Of a stretch of DNA of 64,000 nucleotides, positions 55,018 to 64,000 are shown one piece after another. Origin of the DNA: Vicinamibacterales bacterium (GTDB lineage: Bacteria > Acidobacteriota > Vicinamibacteria > Vicinamibacterales > JAMQPK01); assembly GCA_963832375.1 (NCBI GenBank), contig CAWHUA010000004.1, forward strand, positions 29,352-93,351, read 5' to 3'. How positions within the stretch are numbered: position 1 is the first letter of the stretch; each line of letters begins with the position of its first letter. The position numbers were made by a program, and so were the translations under genes. Below the pieces are notes generated by a model. That model saw only the letters and a list, made by a program, of their open reading frames with translations, made no database searches and had not been told where the DNA came from.

Positions 55018-56466
55018 TTACGAGAGGGGCGCCGGCAGATCCGATTTGCCCATCAGGAAGAGATCGACGCCGCGTGCCGCGCTGCGGCCCTCGGCAATCG
55101 CCCACACGATCAGCGACTGGCCGCGCTGCATGTCGCCGGCGGCGAAGATGCCGGGCACGCTCGTCATCCAGTTCGCGTCGCGCCACACGTTACCGCGCTC
55201 GGTCAGCTTGACGCCGAAATTCTCGAGCAATCCCTGACGCTCGGGGCCGAGAAAGCCCATGGCGAGCAGCACGAGGTCGACATCCATCTCGAACTCGCTG
55301 CCCGGCACCTGTTCGAACGACATCTTGCCGTCTTTGCGCACGAGCTCGACCGTCGAGCCGTGCAGCTTCTTCACGCGCCCCTGGTCGTCTCCGCTGAAAC
55401 GCTGGGTCGAGACCGAGTACACCCGCTCGCCCCCCTCTTCGTGAGCGGTCGACACGCGGAAGACGTTCGGCCATGTCGGCCATGGATTGTCCGCGGCGCG
55501 GGTGTCCGGCGGCTTCGGGAGCAGCTCGAACTGATGCACGGACAGAGCGCCCTGGCGGTGGACCGTTCCGAGGCAGTCGGCTCCCGTATCGCCGCCGCCG
55601 ATGATCACGACGCGCTTGCCCTTGGCCGTGATGAAGTCGGCGTCAGCAATCGTGTCGCCTTCCACCCGTTTGTTCGAGAGCGTCAGGTACTCCATCGCGA
55701 AATGGACGCCCTTCAGCTCGCGGCCCGGCACCTGGAGATCGCGCGGCCAGCCGGCGCCGCCGGCCAGGACCATCGCGTCGTATTCCGACTTCATCCGATC
55801 GATCGTCAGGTCTACGCCGACGTTGACCTTCGTGCGGAACGTCACGCCTTCCTGTTCCATCAGCGTCAACCGGCGATTCAGGACCTTCTTCTCCATCTTG
55901 AACTCGGGGATGCCGTAGCGCAGCAGCCCGCCGATGCGATCGGCCTTTTCGAAGACGGTGACGAAGTGACCCGCGCGGTTCAGCTGCTCGGCCGCCGCCA
56001 GTCCGGCCGGGCCGGAGCCGATGACCGCGACCTTCCGGCCGGTGCGCACGAGCGGCGCCTTGGGGGTCACCCAGCCCTGTTCGAAGGCTTTCTCGATGAT
56101 CGCCACTTCGATCGACTTGATCGTGACGGGGTCGTCGTTGATGCCGAGCACGCACGACCCTTCACACGGCGCCGGGCAGAGGCGCCCGGTGAACTCGGGA
56201 AAATTGTTCGTCGCGTGCAGCCGGTCGATGGCCGGCTCCCATCGATCGCGGTACACGAGATCGTTCCAGTCGGGAATCAGGTTGCCCAGCGGGCAGCCCT
56301 GATGGCAGAACGGAATGCCGCAGTCCATGCAGCGCGCGCCCTGCTTCTGGAGCTCTCCCTGCGCGTACGGAAGATAGACCTCTCTCCAGTCGTTGAGCCG
56401 CTCGGGCACAGGACGGGTCGACTGTTTCTTCCGGTGAATTTCGATAAAACCTGTTGGTTTACCCAT
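55018..56466 (-). CDS. gltD: glutamate synthase (NADPH) small subunit
   Basis: 482 aa. Cys cluster CMDCGIPFC...GCPLGN. Two dinucleotide folds VAVIGSGPAGLAAA and VVIIGGGDTGADC. Confidence 0.85.
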   Translation of the reverse strand: MGKPTGFIEIHRKKQSTRPVPERLNDWREVYLPYAQGELQKQGARCMDCGIPFCHQGCPLGNLIPDWNDLVYRDRWEPAIDRLHATNNFPEFTGRLCPAPCEGSCVLGINDDPVTIKSIEVAIIEKAFEQGWVTPKAPLVRTGRKVAVIGSGPAGLAAAEQLNRAGHFVTVFEKADRIGGLLRYGIPEFKMEKKVLNRRLTLMEQEGVTFRTKVNVGVDLTIDRMKSEYDAMVLAGGAGWPRDLQVPGRELKGVHFAMEYLTLSNKRVEGDTIADADFITAKGKRVVIIGGGDTGADCLGTVHRQGALSVHQFELLPKPPDTRAADNPWPTWPNVFRVSTAHEEGGERVYSVSTQRFSGDDQGRVKKLHGSTVELVRKDGKMSFEQVPGSEFEMDVDLVLLAMGFLGPERQGLLENFGVKLTERGNVWRDANWMTSVPGIFAAGDMQRGQSLIVWAIAEGRSAARGVDLFLMGKSDLPAPLS

Positions 56467-56469
56467 AAC

Positions 56470-56544
56470 TCAAGAAAAAACAAAACAAGAGACTAAGAGA
56501 TTAGGAGTCTTCTTTGAAAAGAATTCTCCTAGTCTCTTAATCTC
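56470..56544 (-). terminator. terminator-like hairpin plus T-tract between gltB and gltD
   Basis: Arms GAGACTAAGAGATTAGGAG (56489-56507) and CTCCTAGTCTCTTAATCTC (56526-56544), with two mismatches and a self-pairing loop. On the minus strand it is followed by TTGTTTTGTTTTTTCTT, which ends 6 nt before the gltD ATG. Confidence 0.5.
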
Positions 56545-56551
56545 CTGTTTC

Positions 56552-59500
56552 TTAGACAGTGCCGACGAGTTCTGCGAACGCGGGCTCGCGGTTCTCCGCC
56601 CTCGCCTTCGCTTCGGCCAGGAGCACGCGCTTGTAATCGCGCGGCATGACCTTCACGAACGGAAGATCGGCAAACGTTGCCAGGATCGACTTCGCATACA
56701 AACTGTTGGTGAACAGCACGTGGCGCTCGATCATCTCGCGCAACGTTCTCCGGTCGTCGTCGCTGAGCGGCTCGAGATCGACCATCCCAGTGTTCAGCCG
56801 CTGGGCGAACGTCCCGTCCCGGTCGAGCACGTAGGCGATCCCGCCGCTCATGCCCGCGGCGAAGTTGCGTCCGGTCTTGCCCAGCACGACCACGCGGCCG
56901 CCCGTCATGTACTCGCAGCCGTGGTCGCCGATGCCTTCGACGACTGCCCACGCGCCGCTGTTGCGCACGGCGAACCGCTCGCCCGCGACTCCGCGCAGGT
57001 ACGCCTCGCCGCTCGTCGCGCCATAGAGGGTGACGTTGCCGACGATGATGTTCTCTTCGGGCACGAACATGGCTTTCGACGACGGGAACGCCGCGAGCGT
57101 GCCGCCTGACAGCCCTTTTCCGAAGTAATCGTTGGCATCGCCCTCGAGCGTCAGCGTCATGCCCGGCGGCACGAACGCGCCGAAGCTCTGCCCCGCCGAT
57201 CCCTTGAAGCGAATCGTAATGGTCCCGTCCGGCAGCCCTTTCGCGCCGAAGGCGCGCGTCACTTCCGAGCCGAGAATGGTGCCCACCGTCCGATTGACAT
57301 TGCGAATCGGCATGCTGAACTCGACCCGCTTGCGGTGCAGCAGTGCGTCCTCTGAACGGCGAATCAGCTCGTTGTCGAGCGCCTTGTCGAGGCCGTGGTC
57401 CTGCGCGCGGACGCAGCGCTGGGCGACGGTTGGCGCGACAACCGGCTTGTAGAGGATCTGCGAGAGATCGATGCCGGCCGCCTTCCAGTGGTCAACCGCT
57501 TTGGTGATATCGATCTTGTCCACCCGCCCGATCATCTCGTCCATCGTCCGGAAGCCCAGCTGCGCCATCAGCTCGCGCACGTCCTCGGCGATGAAGTGGA
57601 AGAAGTTCTCGACGAACTCGGGCTGGCCGTTGAAGCGCTTGCGCAGCTCCGGGTCCTGGGTCGCCACGCCGACCGGACAGGTGTTCAGGTGGCAGACGCG
57701 CATCATCACGCAGCCCAGGACGACGAGCGGCGCCGTGGCAAATCCAAACTCTTCCGCGCCGAGCAGCGCGCCGATGACGACGTCGCGGCCCGTCTTCATC
57801 TGACCGTCCACCTGCACCACGATGCGATCGCGCAGGTTGTTGAGCACCAGTACCTGCTGCGTCTCGGCGAGGCCGAGCTCCCACGGCACGCCCGCGTGCT
57901 TGAGGCTCGTCAGCGGCGACGCACCGGTGCCGCCATCGTGGCCGGAAATCAGCACGACGTCGGAATGCGCCTTCGCCACGCCCGCCGCAACCGTCCCGAC
58001 GCCCACCTCCGCGACCAGCTTGACGTGAATCCGCGCGCGCGGGTTCGCGTTCTTGAGGTCGTAGATCAGCTGCGCGAGGTCCTCGATCGAATAGATATCG
58101 TGGTGCGGTGGGGGCGAGATGAGCCCCACGCCGGGCGTCGCATGACGCACCTTCGCGATCCACGGGTACACCTTGTGGCCCGGCAACTGACCGCCCTCGC
58201 CCGGCTTGGCGCCCTGGGCCATCTTGATCTGCAGATCGTCGGCGTTCACCAGGTACTCGCTCGTGACCCCGAACCGCGCCGACGCCACCTGCTTGATCGC
58301 GCTCCGGCGCGAATCGCCGTTTGCGTCGGGAATGTAGCGCGCCGGATCCTCGCCGCCTTCGCCCGTATTCGACTTGCCGCCCAGCCGGTTCATGGCGATG
58401 GCCAGCGTTTCGTGCGCCTCGCTGCTGATCGAACCGTAGGACATCGCACCCGTGGCGAACCGCTTGATGATGCTGGCCGCCGGTTCGACCTCCTCGATCG
58501 GAATCGGCTGGGCCGCCACCTTGAGCTCGAACAGGCCACGCAGCGTCGCACGCTTGCGCGTCTGCTCGTTCACCGCCTGGGTGTATTCCTTGTAAATCTT
58601 GTACTGGCCGCTGCGCGTCGCGTGCTGCAGCTTGTAGACCGTATCGGGATTGAAGAGGTGGTACTCGCCGTCGCGGCGCCACTGGTACTCGCCGCCTTCG
58701 TCGAGATCGCGCTCGGCGACCGGGCGCAGCGGGAAGGCCAGTTCGTGGCGTGCGCGTACTTCCTGGGCGATCGCCTCGATGCCCACGCCGCCAATGCGCG
58801 ACGCCGTCCACGTGAAATAGCGATCGACGAAGTCCTTCGCCAGGCCGACCGCTTCGAAGATTTGCGCGCCGCGATAGCTCTGCAGCGTCGAGATGCCCAT
58901 CTTCGACATCACCTTCAGCACGCCCTTGTTCAGGGCTTTTATGTAGTTCTTGACCGCTTTCTCGTGTGTCAGCCCGGGCAGCATGTCCCGGCGAATCATG
59001 TCGCTGAGCGTCTCGAACGCCAGGTACGGGTTCACGGCGCCTGCGCCGTAGCCGATGAGCAGCGCCAGGTGATGCACCTCGCGCGCCTCGCCGGTCTCGA
59101 TGACGAGCGCGGCGCGATTGCGCGTGCCCTCGCGCACGAGGTGATGATGGACGCCAGCGGTCGCCAGCAGGCTCGGAATCGGCGCGAGCTTCATGTTCAC
59201 GCCGCGATCGGACAGGATGATGATCGTGTAGCCCTGCTCGACCGCTTCGCTCGTGCGGCGCTGCAAATCCTCGAGCGCGCGCGACAGCCCGGTGCCGCCC
59301 GAATCGGCGTCGAAGAGCATCTGCAGCGTAATCGACTTGAAACCGCGCTCGTCGATGTGGCGCAGCCTGGCCAGCTCTTCGTTGTTCACGATGGCCGACT
59401 TGACCTTGATCTGACGGCAGGCTTCGGGGCCCGGCTTCAGGAGGTTCGCCTCCGGGCCAATCGTGGAGCCCATCGAGGTGACGAGCTCCTCGCGAATCGC

Positions 59501-61161
59501 GTCGAGCGGCGGATTGGTCACCTGCGCGAAGAGCTGCGTGAAGTAGTCGTACAGCAGGCGCGGCTTGTCCGAGAGCACCGCCAGCGAGCGTGTCGGTGCC
59601 CATCGAGCCGATCGCTTCTTCGCCGTTGAGCGCCATCGGCGCGAGCAGAATCTTCAGATCCTCCTGCGTGTAGCCGAACGTGCGCTGCCGGTTCACCATC
59701 GTGTAGTGATCGGGCAGCGGCAGCAGCGGCGCGGGCTTGAGGTCCTCGAGCGCCACCATGTTCTGCGTCGAGCCACTTCGCGTAGGGCTGCTCCGACGCC
59801 AGCTCGCGCTTGATCTCCTCGTCCTCGATGATGCGTCCCTGCTCGGTGTCGACCAGGAAAATCTTGCCCGGGTGCAGCCGTTCCTTGAGCAGGATGTTCT
59901 CGTCGGGCACGTCGAGCACACCGACTTCCGACGCCATGATGACCAGGTCGTCCTTGGTCACGTAGTAGCGCGACGGACGAAGCCCGTTGCGGTCGAGCAC
60001 GGCGCCGATCACCTTGCCGTCGGTGAACGCGATCGACGCCGGGCCGTCCCACGGCTCCATCATCGTCGCGTGGTACTCGTAGAACGCCTTGCGCTCGGGC
60101 GACATCGTCTCGTGGCCGGCCCACGGCTCGGGAATCATCATCAGCACCGCGTGCGGGAGCGAGCGGCCCGTCATGACGAGGAACTCGAGCACGTTGTCGA
60201 AGGTCGCCGTATCGCTGCCGCCTTCGCGGATGACCGGCAGAACCTTCTGCAGATCGTCGCCGAGGACGTCCGATTCGCACATCGCTTCGCGCGCGTGCAT
60301 CCAGTTGATGTTGCCGCGCAAGGTGTTGATCTCGCCGTTGTGCGCGATGTAGCGATACGGATGCGCGAGCGGCCACGACGGGAACGTGTTGGTGCTGAAG
60401 CGCTGATGCACCAGCGCGAGCGCCGAGGTGACGTCCGGATCCATCAGATCGGGGAACATCGTCTCGATCTGATCGGCGATGAGCATGCCCTTGTAGATGA
60501 GCGTGTTCGCCGACAGGCTGGGAATGTAGAAGTACTTCTTGTCGGTGCTCGCGATCGGCAGCTTGTCGACCTCGTGCTCGATGCGCTTGCGGATCACATA
60601 GAGCTTGCGCTCGAACTGGGGATCGAAAAGGGGTCGGGAGGGTTTTTCGATGGGATCGGGCGAAAAACCCTCCCGACCCCTTTTCGATCCGGCTCCCACA
60701 AACAGCTGCTTGAAGTACGGCTCGACCGCGGCGGCCGATGCCCCGACCAGGCGATCGTCGGTCGGCAGATCGCGCCAGCCGAGCAGCACCTGCCCTTCCT
60801 CGTGGACGACTTTTTCGACGACCGCCTCAATCGTGGCGCGCGCGGATGGATCGCTCGGCAGAAAGACGCAGCCCGCGCCGTATTCGCCGGCGGGCGGCAG
60901 CTCGATACCGAGATTCAGCACCTGCTTCCGGAGAAACGCGTCCGGCATCTGAATAAGGATGCCGGCGCCATCACCGGTGTTCACCTCGCAGCCGCACGCA
61001 CCGCGATGGAGCAGGTTGACGAGCAACTGCAGCGCCTGCCGCACGATGCGATGCGAGCGCACGCCTTTGACGTTGACGACGAACCCGACGCCACACGCGT
61101 CCTTCTCGTAGGCGGGGTCGTAGAGGCCTTGCGCGGGTGGACACCCGGGATCGCGATCCAT
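56552..61161 (-). CDS. gltB: glutamate synthase large subunit, interrupted by two frameshifts near 59766 and 59594
   Basis: N-terminal amidotransferase domain ([11 protein letters not shown]) is in track ORF 59518..61161. About 60 codons ([13 protein letters not shown]...GSMGTDT) lie in the frame of 57492..59921. The rest ([26 protein letters not shown] ... C-terminal GXGXG domain) is in 56552..59578. Confidence 0.85.
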
Positions 61162-61280
61162 AAAGAAGGACTAGTTATCTGGTACCCCTAGCCATAAGTA
61201 AAATACAATTTTTACATTCGATGTATCGAATTTCCTGATGTATTGGGTCCAAGCCCCTAATCGTCTGCGTTTTCATCGCG

Positions 61281-62072
61281 TTATGGCCGCACTGCGGCCA
61301 CCCATGTCAGGCTTCCCTCCACCTGTTCGACCGAAATCGGGCGGAAACCCGCGGCTTCGAGCTCCGCGGTCAGCGCCTGGCGCGTGAAGTGATGCCGATA
61401 GCGCAGCGTGCGGCCAGGCCGGTGACGCCAGAACACATCGCCGGGCTCCGGCGACCAGTCGGCTCGTGCCACGCGCGCGCTCGTGCGAAGCAGCCACAAG
61501 CCAGGTGCAGACTGGCGCGTCAACCCGTGATAGCTCACCAGTACTCGCCCTCCGGGCGCGAGATGATCGGCGGCGCTCGCGAGCGCCGCGGCTCGGCGGC
61601 GCGCGCCTCGAACGAGCGAATAGCAGCCGTTGGAAAAAATCACCGCGTCGTAGCGTCGATCGAGCGCGGCGGACTCGATCGCCCCCGTGTGCAGCGCGGC
61701 CGCAGCACCGTGCCGCGCGAGATGCGCGCGCGCGATCGCAATGACCTGCGGCGAGTGGTCCAGACCCTCGACGTCGTATCCCAGACGGCCCAACGCCAGC
61801 AGATCGCGGCCGGCGCCGCAGCCCACGAGCAGCACGCGATCGCCGGATCGGAGGTGGCCCTCGAAGAACTGACGCTCGTCCCGCGACAGCCCGGCGTCCA
61901 CGTCTTCATCTGAAATGCTGAAGTCGCTCCACTCGTTGCGCGCGGCCGCATCGAGATCGTCGGCACGCAGGAGACCGGCGGCGAGATACAGAAAAGCGTT
62001 TCCGAGTGGTCTGGGAAGGGCGGACGAGGCCCAGAGCGAGCGGTGAAGCGAGGCTCGACTTACGCCGAGCAC
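61281..62072 (-). CDS. class I SAM-dependent methyltransferase
   Basis: Motif I VLLVGCGAGRDL, with DAVIFSNG downstream. There is no in-frame ATG. GTG 62072 is the first plausible start and overlaps the reductase end by 13 nt. Confidence 0.5.
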   Translation of the reverse strand: MLGVSRASLHRSLWASSALPRPLGNAFLYLAAGLLRADDLDAAARNEWSDFSISDEDVDAGLSRDERQFFEGHLRSGDRVLLVGCGAGRDLLALGRLGYDVEGLDHSPQVIAIARAHLARHGAAAALHTGAIESAALDRRYDAVIFSNGCYSLVRGARRRAAALASAADHLAPGGRVLVSYHGLTRQSAPGLWLLRTSARVARADWSPEPGDVFWRHRPGRTLRYRHHFTRQALTAELEAAGFRPISVEQVEGSLTWVAAVRP

Positions 62073-63899
62073 TCGCCTTCTTGAATTTCGGGATTGAACT
62101 GCGCGGTCTCCGCGAGGTCGACGTAGTCGTCCGCAACCGCCGATGACGAGGTCATCTTTTCGAGATCGGACAGCACGCTCTTGACGCGTTCCACATCCAC
62201 TCGCATGAAGAACGCCGTGGCGGTCTCGCCGTCGCTGCTTGTCGGAGACATAGAGATCGAGCAACAGCTCGAGCGCCGCCGTCAGCCGGCGCGCGGGAAT
62301 CTTCGCGGCCAGACGGCCAAAGCGCACGGCATCGCCGTCCGGCCCGCCGCCCACCATCACGAAGTACTGCGGAATCGCCCTGCCGGCCACCTTGCGGACG
62401 CTGCCCTGGAATCCCAGGCCGGCGATGTGATGGCGTCCGCACCCGTTCGGGCAGCCGCTGATCTTGATCTGCAGATCTGGCGCCTTGGCGATGAGCTCCG
62501 GATGCTCCCGCAGATGGTCGCCGAGGAATCTTCCAAGCCCGCGCGACTGCGTGACGGCGAGCTTGCACGACTCGGCGCCCGGGCAGCTCGTCACGTCGGC
62601 AATCGTGCCCGCATCGGCCAATCCCAGTCCTGCGGCCGCGAGCTGACGGTACAGCTCCGGTACGGCGTCGGTCGGTACCCAGCGGAAGACGAGGTTCTGC
62701 TCCGCCGTGATACGCACCATGCCGTCGGCGAACGCGGTCGCGAGATCGCCGAGGATGCGCATCTGCTGGCTCGTGAAGTCGCCGAGCGTAATCGTGGCGT
62801 TCACGACGAAATAGCCGCTCTGCTTCTGCTTGCGCACGTTGGTGCTGAGCCAGTGCGAGTAGTCGCCGTTCATCGTCGGCAGCATGGGACGCACCTGCGG
62901 AACGATGCCGGGACCGGTCACCTGCGAGCTCATCGCGCGCGACACTGTTTCGAGAATCGGCGGAGAATCGATGCGGCGCCACGCCGGCGCCTGCTCGGTG
63001 GGCGGACACTCGGGATCGAACGGCAGACTCGCGCCGCCCGCCGACCTGAATTCAGCCAGCTTCTTGTTGTACTCGGCGAGAAACGCCTCCCATCCGATCG
63101 ACTTGATGAGGAACTTGAGGCGGTTCGCCTGCTTGTGCTTGTAGTCGCCGAACTGGTGAAACACACGAATCACCGCTTCGGCGACGTTGAAGATCTCGGA
63201 GGCCGGCAGAAACTCGTGCACCGGCACCGCCGACTTCACCATGATCGACGTGCCGCCGCCCACGACGACGCGGAAACCGCGCTTGCCGTCCTTGATCGCG
63301 GCGCGATAGCCCAGGTCGTGCATGCCCAGGAGCGCGTGATCCGCGTCGGTGCACCCCTCGAACGCGATCTTGAACTTGCGCGGCAACGACGAGCTGAGCG
63401 GATGGCGCAGAAGATATCGCGTCATCGCTTCCGAATATGGCGTGACGTCGAAGAGCTCTGAGGGCGAGACACCAGCCTCCGGGCAGCACGTGATGTTGCG
63501 CACGGAATTGCCGCAGGCCTCGCGCGTCGTCAGGCCGGCATCGGCCAGAAGGCGCATCGCGGGCTCGACGTCGTGCAGCTTGACGAAATGAAACTGGATA
63601 TTCTGACGCGTCGTGATATGCCCGAAGCCGCGCGAAAAGCGCTCGCCGACCTCGGCCAGCGCCTCGAGTTGCGGCTGGGTCAAGACTCCCTGTGGAATCT
63701 TGATGCGCATCATCTGCACGTCTCCGGCCTGACGCTGGCCGTATGTGCCGCGGACGAGCCGGAACATGCGCCACTGGTCGGGGGTCAGCTCGCCGCTTTC
63801 GAACTTCTCGAGCGTGGCGACGAACTCGTCGATATCGGCTTCGCTCGCAAACGAGAGCCGGGTTCTGCCGAGCGTCTTGGGATCGTCAACTGCAGCCAT
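62060..63899 (-). CDS. ferredoxin-type sulfite/nitrite reductase (sirohaem-[4Fe-4S]), one frameshift near 62232
   Basis: Cys motifs TSCPGAESCKLA and SGCPNGCGRHH. After ...LYVSDKQ the protein continues in track ORF 62060..62251 (DGETATAFFMRV...PEIQEGECSA). Confidence 0.7.
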
Positions 63900-63924
63900 G
63901 ATTCGGGGTTAATTGGGCATTATC

Positions 63925-64000
63925 TCACTTTTTCCCAGCGAGGATCTTCCACGCGCCGTGCACGTTGCGGTGCACGTAAAGCGCCGGCAAGAGCCACGTG
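63925..64000 (-). CDS. C-terminal fragment of an unidentified gene running out of the window
   Basis: The minus-strand frame reads ...TWLLPALYVHRNVHGAWKILAGKK then TGA (63925-63927). It is too short to identify. Confidence 0.25.
   Translation of the reverse strand, partial: TWLLPALYVHRNVHGAWKILAGKK

Noticed and set aside
61281-63899. 872-aa ORF read as a natural sulfite-reductase / methyltransferase fusion protein
   Set aside because: The conserved reductase C-terminus (DGETATAFFMRV...EGECSA) continues in another frame (62060..62251) after a single indel near 62232. The apparent fusion is read-through caused by that frameshift.

Overview
This is visibly high-G+C, gene-dense chromosomal DNA with genes on both strands. 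Gene content suggests an Acidobacteriota-like organism, but that is inference only. The hints are a TIGR03436-like VWFA 'Acidobacterial' protein, a TMTC-like TPR membrane protein and many sigma-54 components. I can support about 50 protein-coding genes. I see no rRNA, tRNA, CRISPR, transposase, integrase or phage genes.

Functional blocks from left to right:
- 0-6.7 kb: envelope and housekeeping genes.
- 6.7-11.1 kb: cupredoxin, outer-membrane barrel and hybrid sensor kinase.
- 11.2-15.2 kb: a second kinase and a PhoB/PhoR-like pair.
- 15.3-19.5 kb: VWA protein, DUF218 protein, a small ORF, and a Ddl-like ATP-grasp plus zinc peptidase.
- 19.6-21.2 kb: a decayed sigma-54 activator.
- 21.3-26.7 kb: sugar ABC transporter, dehydrogenase and PfkB kinase.
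- 26.8-34.2 kb: a PII signalling cassette (sigma-54 activator, sigma-54 promoter, TorF-like porin, glnD, glnB, half-size glnE-like gene).
- 34.4-37.9 kb: copper efflux (YHS mini-ORF, copA, DUF442, YtkA).
- 38-42.4 kb: BNR protein, coiled-coil PilZ protein and PEGA protein.
- 42.4-48.9 kb: a long metal/redox envelope cluster (YcnI, PepSY-TM, small Cys protein, barrel, CuA-signature cupredoxin, di-haem peroxidase-like protein, DtxR/MntR, DUF411, TauE).
- 48.9-53.3 kb: zincin-like ORF, HD-GYP/GAF membrane protein and an S8 protease with EVIWGD repeats.
- 53.6-64 kb: a LarA-like gene, gltD-gltB, a methyltransferase and a ferredoxin-type sulfite/nitrite reductase.

Two window-wide oddities stand out:
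1. Nearly every intergenic spacer is built from its own short tandem oligomer (ATTGGYAG, GGTTCGT, CCTCCGTG, YACTTTT, AAGAGATYAGGAG, AGTCGCAAGGCG). These are often arranged as inverted arms, and one unit family also occurs in frame inside a gene.
2. About 26 frame disruptions are packed into a few kb of signalling-gene catalytic cores plus gltB and the sulfite reductase. All other genes look intact.

My best candidates for an undescribed system are:
- the oligomer-array spacer family;
- the 42.4-48.9 kb copper/redox cluster with a stand-alone CuA-type domain;
- the ATP-grasp / zinc-peptidase / small-ORF operon.

All family names come from motif recognition by eye. No searches were run.
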